A stretch of DNA of 64,000 nucleotides, from contig JAQFVV010000004.1 in NCBI GenBank assembly GCA_028023455.1, positions 14,632,001-14,696,000 of the forward strand, read 5' to 3'. Numbering within the stretch: position 1 is the stretch's first letter; each line of letters begins with the position of its first letter. This stretch comes from Epiperipatus broadwayi (Eukaryota > Animalia > Onychophora). Of the stretch, positions 56,400-64,000 are shown in pieces. Made by a program: the position numbers and the translations under genes. The notes below the pieces were generated by a model. That model made no database searches and was not told the DNA's origin. It saw nothing but the letters and a program-made list of their open reading frames with translations.

Positions 56400-57240
56400 A
56401 TGTGTTATGTGTTCCCTTCACTTTTTGATTCACTCTATCCAAAATGCATTTGGGCCAGACTAATTCACAATAGTGAATGGTCGCTTGCATTGGGTATAAA
56501 ATTTATGGCATTTCCCTTCCATTAGTTTACTTATATGGAGTGTCTTGATGAAAACTTTGTCTCCTATCTTGAAGTTGTGAGCACTCCCGTTTTATTTTTG
56601 TTCCTTCTTCTCAGCTTTGTTTGTTATTTGCTCATATGCTTTTAATATGTCTTTTTCTGTATCAAATTTGGGACATTTAATTGGGGATTGATATTCAATA
56701 TGATTTTTTATTGCTTAGCTGGTGTATACTATTTGTTTAGTTAAATGGCCTTAAGTTATAGTCTACATCATATGTAGGCCCATGTGTACATATCCTATTT
56801 GCTTTGAACATCTCTGCCTTGTGTTGTGCTGCTATCAGTTATTCTTTCTCCATTTTTGTTCCTTTGGGTTTGGTTCAATTTGCTTGTCCCAGGTTGCAAT
56901 CCATCAGGTATATCCATAACATCTGTTCTCTAAGCAATGGTATCCATATGCCTAATGAATGTGAATGGACATTCATACATATTGCACAATTTCTGGAACT
57001 GTGGACCTTCTTGTTTAGCAGTTTGTGATGCTACTTACATCATCATACTACAATAGTTTTCTATGATTTGATCATCTTCCTGATTATGGAGGGACTTAAC
57101 TGCCATAATGCATATTTAAGATGATCAAGCTTATTGATTTTATTTGTGGCTTCAGACTTGGTTTTTTTATTATGATAACCTTCTTTCATGACAGCCATTA
57201 TAATTATTAACATCCAAATCTGATGTTTGTCACTTTGTAC
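56400..57240 (-). pseudogene. Gypsy integrase 3' region, degraded
   Basis: Minus-strand HNFKIGDKVFIKTLH..KLM...K..K.PFTIVN resembles the Gypsy integrase C-terminus. Confidence 0.6.
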
Positions 57241-57308
57241 ATCAATGTCATGTCTTGAAAACTTATGGCTTTTGTTTTAATGGTGAGTGCAGATGTGGCA
57301 ATATTATG

Positions 57309-57309
<1 letters not shown>

Positions 57310-57362
<53 letters not shown>

Positions 57363-57371
57363 TATATATAT
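57310..57371. repeat. (TA)n microsatellite
   Basis: Directly visible. Confidence 0.97.
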
Positions 57372-59440
57372 TGTAACAGGAACTGGGTTCAAACTCTGTT
57401 ACAAAAGGAATGAAAATGTCGTTTGTAGATAATTTTTATTTATTTATTAGTATTATATAATTATTTGTAAAAGTCGCACATACCAAGCACACGTGTATTT
57501 GCTGGAATGAGGGGTGTGGGCATATATTATGAGTGGCATATGTATATGTAGGTAAATATTATTGTTGAGAACAAGAAAGTAGAAATTTAGAAGACTTTAA
57601 AGCAGGTAAAAGAAAAGTTTCTTTTATGAGTATAAACTTCCTGAATGAATTGGCCAAATGGATCGCATTGTTCAATAAAAAGAAAAAAAATAAAGAAAGC
57701 AAAATCCAACTGCTTGAATGGATATATTTTTTTTTGTGTGTTTGTTTTAATTAAATGGATTTTTCAGAAATAATTTTGATTAAGAAAAATGAATATGGAA
57801 TGCCATTAGTTATTGAACTAATTTCGATCTCTTTTGTGTGGTTAAAGTTGACAAAAGGATTTGTAATTAAAAGTTCAGGAATTTAAAAAGAAAAAGAGAG
57901 ATAAGTAAAAGTCAAGATCGCTAAGTGGTTTTCCTTTTGTTTGACATTTTTATAAGAAAATCTATTTTTGAAACAAAGGAATACCAGTGATCAAGAGAAA
58001 GGCAACTAGGATTGATTAATTAATTTGAAAAAATGGGCAGTTGAGCTCTGCTAGTCTGACGTGTAAGAAGTGCAGATATTCTAAATTTTTACTGAAGAAA
58101 ATTTATTAGAAAAAGCTATTATATTAGCTGAAAAGTAGAAAGTGGTAGCAGTAGGTTGTGCGAACTGAACTACATATATGATTGACCTCATGGATCACAT
58201 GGGGTAGAATCACCATCGTGCCTGGTCGGTGTTCGGACTCCAGCCATTTTAATATGCCACATAAATATACTTCACAATCAACATCTCCAACTGCCCTACA
58301 TAACTAAAGCTATTTGAATCCAGTGTAGATCGTATGCCATTCCGGAATTATACCAAAAGAGTAAGGATTAGAAGATTGAATACGTCACTTTAGAGGGACT
58401 AAAGGAATGAAATGTTAAGTGGAAGCGATGGACATCATATTTGCCTAGGTAGGATCCCCGGAATCGTTTTGCAAGTGCACTAGGAAACACATACACCAGT
58501 TATTCAGATTATACTATACCGGTAAATATACACTTATTATGCCATTTTAAATGTTTAAAGTTAATCCAACCTAATTGCGAGAATATTTCGTAATATACCT
58601 ATATTATTAGTTTTTTTTATTATCTTCTCCTTAATAATAATTCATTAAAAATATTTATTATATGTATATGTGTGCCATTTATTGATTGTGTTTTTTGAAT
58701 AAGTATTAGTAGATCTGTAGCTAAATTATTGATTTAGTGCGATACACATTATAGAATTTATGAGTTCCAAAATCTTAGACACGTGCATGCGGGTGTGAAG
58801 TTAACGATAATTTATAGCGAGACAGATTAGATAAAAAGGTATATGAGAATTGAAAAAGGTTTAGTTTAAACTTTAATGGGAATAAAAGAGAATCGAAAGA
58901 TATAGAAAGAATTGAATTGAAACTTCGTTCCCCGTTTGTTTCTTCTCCGGCGCATGGTGCTACCACCCCTGAGCATTAAGACGGGCAACTAATTAAAAGA
59001 CTGAATCAAATAAATATTTAAGTAGACCCTACGATTCTTGTTGAATAACGAGATTGGTGCTTGGCAATGATTAAAATATATATATATATATATTCATTGT
59101 CCATAAACGTAGAGGTCTAATTAAAAGTTAAGTTAAAGCGGGGAGGGTTCGATTTCATTACCTGATGTGTATGTGTTCTGCTGTCGGTTGCTTCACTTAC
59201 CCCTTTGAATGACCCAAAGTTTGGGAAAACTTTGCATAAGGGGTGAATGACTCGATTTGTTTTCGGGAAAACTTCATATGGGAAGGGTCGTTAGTAATAC
59301 ATGTGTCACTGTAAAAATTCACCCTCGGAAAGAAAGAATAACTATAGAAAAATTGGTTTGATAAGGATAAAGGTTTGAATACAGCTAAATTAAAATTTTA
59401 AAAATGTAAACATACACTGACTAAGGTAAAAATTGTTTCA
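57372..59440. mobile_element. younger, CpG-containing LTR-like insertion between TA runs
   Basis: Starts TGTAAC immediately after (TA)n and is bounded by further TA runs at ~59076 and ~59440; no ORF; no matching second LTR seen. Confidence 0.4.
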
Positions 59441-59599
59441 ATATATATATATATATGTATATATATCCAATTCCCTCACTATAGTACCTTCCATATATTT
59501 CTCCATAATGTCTTTAACACATAGGGGGTTGATTTGTGTGATCAGTGTTTAGTTTTCAGGGTTGGTCTGAGAAATATTTGGAACTTTCCCTCTTAGGCA

Positions 59600-60830
59600 T
59601 TATGTGATAAGGAAAAGTGGGTTCCTCACTCATCCTCTGCAGATCCTTGAGGCAATTTTTAAATGGTTTTACTTATTACTCCATTTTCCCTATTATTCTG
59701 GATTATCAAGTCAATCCCAGGTTGTAAGATTTCCATTGTTGTCCTTTGACATAGCTGAGACTCAATCATTACCATTCTATTGTTGGTGTCCTTTGACATA
59801 GCTGCGACTTGATCATTACCATTCTATGCTTGAGAGTCTCATCTAACTTGTCAATCTGTTTCCATGTTTCAGTTTCATTATCCACTAGTTTCTCAAGAGT
59901 GGTCCTGTCTAGAATGATTTCAGTCACTGTTGAGGGCTTCTAGTGTTTTATCCCATGACTCTGACTTGATGCTCTGTTTTAAGAAGAGTTGATCCAGGCT
60001 TGACTGTGCATCTTGGAACTCATTTCGACCTGGTCTTATAACTTTTCCAGTTCTGCATGCATTTCATCTTTGAAGATCTCTTGATTCTTGTGCATTTCAT
60101 CACATTTGACATTTAATTGCCCAATGATGCTATAGTTGAACTCTTTAAACCATTGCTGGCATTTTAAATCCTTTTCATTAATTTCATTCTTCAGGTTTCC
60201 AAGTGTTTGTTTTATTTCAGAGTTGTCTCTCTGAACACTATCGAAGTTGATGGACAATTATTCCATATCTATGGATAGCCTAGCCTTTATGCCTTTCAAA
60301 TCTATTTTTAAGTTTGACATAACTTTATCTATCTTCACTTTCAACTTTTCTTCCATGTTGGCATCCTGCTACTGAATTCATCCTTCATCCCCAATTTCAT
60401 ATTATTCATGTCTTCTTTCATATCTCCTTTCATATTTCCCTTTATGCTACTGATGTTACTGTTCACATCATTCAACCTTGCTTCCATGTTGTTCATATTG
60501 CTGTTCAGATCCCTGAGCATTTGGATTATTTGTTCCATTATTGTCATTTCTTCAATATCCCAGGTTATTTTACTTTCAAGTGTCTGGTCCATTTACTCAT
60601 CGAATAGTTCTTGATTGATGTAACATCTGATCAGCAACCTGTGCATGTGGAGGGTGATTGACTGTGGGCATAAACCCTCTGGGTATTTGGATCTGCAAAG
60701 ACCCCCAATATTACTAGAATTGCCGTACATCTCACTGTCAATAATATCTTGTAATTTCCCAGTATGTTCCATAGTTTTGCTTATTAACAGTTTAGCACTC
60801 CTTAGTATCATTAAAAAATTTTCTCAGTAG
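59600..60830 (-). pseudogene. Gypsy gag-like coiled-coil ORF remnants
   Basis: Three adjacent minus-strand ORFs (60593-60811, 60341-60592, 60036-60257) with heptad-rich N/M/E/K composition, upstream of integrase remnants in the same orientation. Confidence 0.5.
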
Positions 60831-62560
60831 TTAAGTAAATGTTATTTACTTCATTATAAATACAAATAGGGATATGCTATCTCTTTACCATTTAGTGTGT
60901 ATGTTTAACTTCTCACTATATTTTTATGGTGTGTATATTATTTTAATGCCTAACCTTTAGCCTATCAGTTTACAACCTAACACACCTATTTTAATTTAAT
61001 TTTATTAGTTAATTATTTATTCATGGTCTCAGCTTATATCATTCCCATAAGTCAATTCATATTTGATGTTTCACATGAAGTTCCCTTTTTTGGTTAGGTA
61101 TATTAATTATCAACTACCCAGGCAAATCCATAAAGATGAATGAGCTCCAATAAAAAAAATTTAGTATAGCAGTACAATGGCTGGACCTCCTTGGAAACTT
61201 ATGTTTCATGCCCCACATTGGGCATCAAAAATGTGATGGTCCAGGTTTTCCACCAGAAGAGGGGGGTACATCTAACTATGATGAAAATTTGGTTCTTTAG
61301 GTAGGATGCCATGAATGACATGAAGTACCTAATCAATGATCACATATACTTCCAATGGGCTAGCTCTAGGTTTACACATTTAATGCAGACACAATGTAGG
61401 TTAGTTCATCTATACCTTGCCACTCTTTCATATTCCACATGCCTCAGAATTCAAACCCAGGGAGAATGATGCATTCAGTTCATGTCAGGTATGAATTTAC
61501 CTTAGATAGCAATTACAATACCTCTATATATGAGTTCCAATTGAGTGGAAGACTCATCTAACCATATTATTATATTAGGATAGAACAGATATGCATGTAA
61601 TGAATAAATAACTTTGATAAACTTTAGACCATTTAATGAAAAATTAAGTTAACAATATTCATTGACTAACCAAAAAAAATTCAAAAACTCTTTTAACATA
61701 AAATAAATAAATAAGTATATACATGTGTATGTGTCAAGTATGTATCTTTAACATATTAATGATTAATTATGTTTATTACTCCAACCCTTCCCATGGTAGA
61801 TATACTTAAAGACACTACATATTTACAAAGTAGATAAGAGTAACAAAAATATAAATTCATTGTTATAATGATCATGAAGCTAACTAACTATTTAACAAGA
61901 TTATATGAAGGTGTGCACAATGCTTTGTATCTTATTCCAACTGTAAAAATTCCATCTTCTTTAAGGACCTCCCTTGGCTATGTACAAATTATCTACGGTT
62001 GATAGAAAAGAATACCTTATGCATGAATATTAGTCATTCATACTAAATAAACAAATATAAACAATCATTAGTTAACAAAAAAATAAACAAATAAACACAA
62101 ACTTTGTCCTGTAGCAAGTACATGTTTTAATATGAAATAATATCAAATACAATCTTACCTTATTCCATATTGCTTATTGTAAAAATGATGATAATACTAA
62201 ATATCAAGTCACTACAGAGGGAGATATTACCTAAACTTTATTCAATAAAAAAAATTGTCTAATTTAACAACCTTTCTGTCTACTTTAACAACCTTGGACA
62301 AGCTGTTTCTCAAGTGAAAATTCGTATTCTTATATGCACTTGGACTGCAGCCTGTTGTGATCCAGAGTTTTGACAGCAGTTCGGACATTTAAATTCTTCA
62401 AGGAATTTCACTGTTGTTAAATCCTTTTGCTTGCAACAAGATGTCAAATACTGTACACGTTATCATCATCAGAATGGCATGCTAAGGATGAATCCCTAAT
62501 TTCCAAATCTACTCCAGTAATGCCATAAACTTCTAGAAGCTGGAACCTCTTTACACTTAC

Positions 62561-62579
62561 CTTGAAATCATCAAAGAAC
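62561..62579 (-). other. candidate 19-nt exon (or start of a terminal exon)
   Basis: Minus strand: ttcattttcAG | GTTCTTTGATGATTTCAAG | GTAAGT; could read FFDDFK. No homology recognised. Confidence 0.3.
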
Positions 62580-64000
62580 CTGAAAATGAACTAGAATAAT
62601 AGTGTGCACTCTACTTGAACAGTACGTTACCGTAAGGTAATATTTTCTTTTATTCTTCCCAGGGTAAATTTCTTTTCATTAAATCTCTGCTCAATCTAAT
62701 TATAAATATGTATTCATAAGTAATATTTAACCTCATATGTAATATTTGTTGTGATTTCTTATATTTTGCCGTATGTTTTGGAATCTTAGTTTTAAGATTC
62801 CAAGTTTGCTTTCAATTTTGTTTATTGGAGAGTGACGAGTGAGTTTTTCTATTTTTATGCCTAAACTTTTACTAAATGCTTTAGCAGTCGTGTATATTTT
62901 GAATGCTTACCTGTAATTATTTTAGTAGTCCATAATTGATTTTAAATACTGTGTTTGTGCTTTTGCAAACCACCAAACCTTTTGTCTGGCGACTTTATTT
63001 TCATAGTCTTCGTTTTTTATATCTCTGAAAGCAGAAACTATAATTGTTTTTGCTTTGTAATTTTGTAAGTCACCAGCAGAAAGATAATATTTATCCCTTT
63101 TAAATTACAGGTGAGAGAGACTTTTGCTGCTAAAGTATTTGAAGCTTTCATATTTTCGTACTCATGTACACTCTCCGATAGAATTACTTTGTATTTATGT
63201 GTGCTTTGAATTTATCAGAGCGTGTACTCAGAACTTATTTCATAAATTCATTTCTTAATTATAATTATTTGTAATTCATTTTCTTTAATTGCTGTGGCAG
63301 ACATAACTGGTTTTCTAATGATTTACTTGTCTCCTATTGAGACCTTTAATTATGATTTTTAGAGTAGTTTTTGCCAACCATTTGGTTGGGGATTTGCCAG
63401 TTTTATTTGTTTGTTTTCCTTTCATTTTCAATCATATTTTTCAGTTGTTCTTGAGGTAAATCAATCACTTTGATTTTAAATGTAAAAATAGGTGCAGCTT
63501 CTACCAGCATATGACATTCGTGGGCCCATTTTTTTTGGACCTCGAAAAGCTCGCCGGTGCTAGTTTCATTGATTTATTTCAAGAACGTATTGTTTAAGTA
63601 TCTGAAAGTGAAAACCAATGTTTGGGTGAATCCTCTGCTGAATGAAATTGCTTCCTCCCTTTTATAATTCGTTATTGGAAAATCAATGGGTCTGCCAGAA
63701 CAATGCGTTTAGTCTTTCTGGTACATGCCTGAGCTAATCCTATTGTTAACTTATAAACTTTTCTTATAAATTATTCTTCTCTGAATAAAATTTTAAATAT
63801 GTTTAAACTTAATTTGGCTGACATTTGTCTTGGTGCTTTTGTGTCTCAATTGTCTAAACAATTTTAAGATCTCTTGTTTCTCTCTGAGTTTAGTCGGCGC
63901 AAACCACCATCATCATCATCTATTCTGATCACAGTAAATAAATTTTCCAGATATGTAGTGGTCTGATGGCGCCCTCTGTGTCAGAATAGATTGAATGTCT

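Noticed and set aside
60408-60830. Plus-strand ORFs 60408-60614 and 60645-60830
   Set aside because: Antisense shadows of the gag-like ORFs.
63090-63118. Plus-strand cag|gtgaga as a recursive splice site
   Set aside because: Short pyrimidine tract and no established host transcript.

Overview
Very AT-rich, CpG-poor animal (probably arthropod) intergenic or intronic DNA made mostly of nested transposon remnants. No intact host gene can be supported. The protein-coding relics are all degraded: three Ty3/Gypsy elements, RTE-like and L1/Tx1-like LINE fragments, a hAT (Buster/Charlie-type) transposase and a Penelope-type GIY-YIG endonuclease fragment. There are also four copies of a ~100-bp tRNA-only SINE, a Tigger/pogo-like MITE and several microsatellites. 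The main signal is an unusually dense set of small non-coding elements carrying minimal type I hammerhead ribozyme motifs, in at least 4-5 unrelated families: (1) a six-copy family whose consensus is an intact hammerhead; (2) a 408-bp tandem unit with two hammerheads, resembling a retrozyme; (3) a 254-bp unit with a 44-bp terminal repeat; (4) a hammerhead behind the GIY-YIG ORF; (5) a perfect 153-bp palindrome folded back at a hammerhead stem II. In addition, three foldback families have unrelated long inverted repeats but share an internal block and a one-sided ~45-55-bp tail. That architecture resembles Penelope inverted pseudo-LTRs more than classical MITEs. All coordinates were read by eye and element boundaries are approximate.
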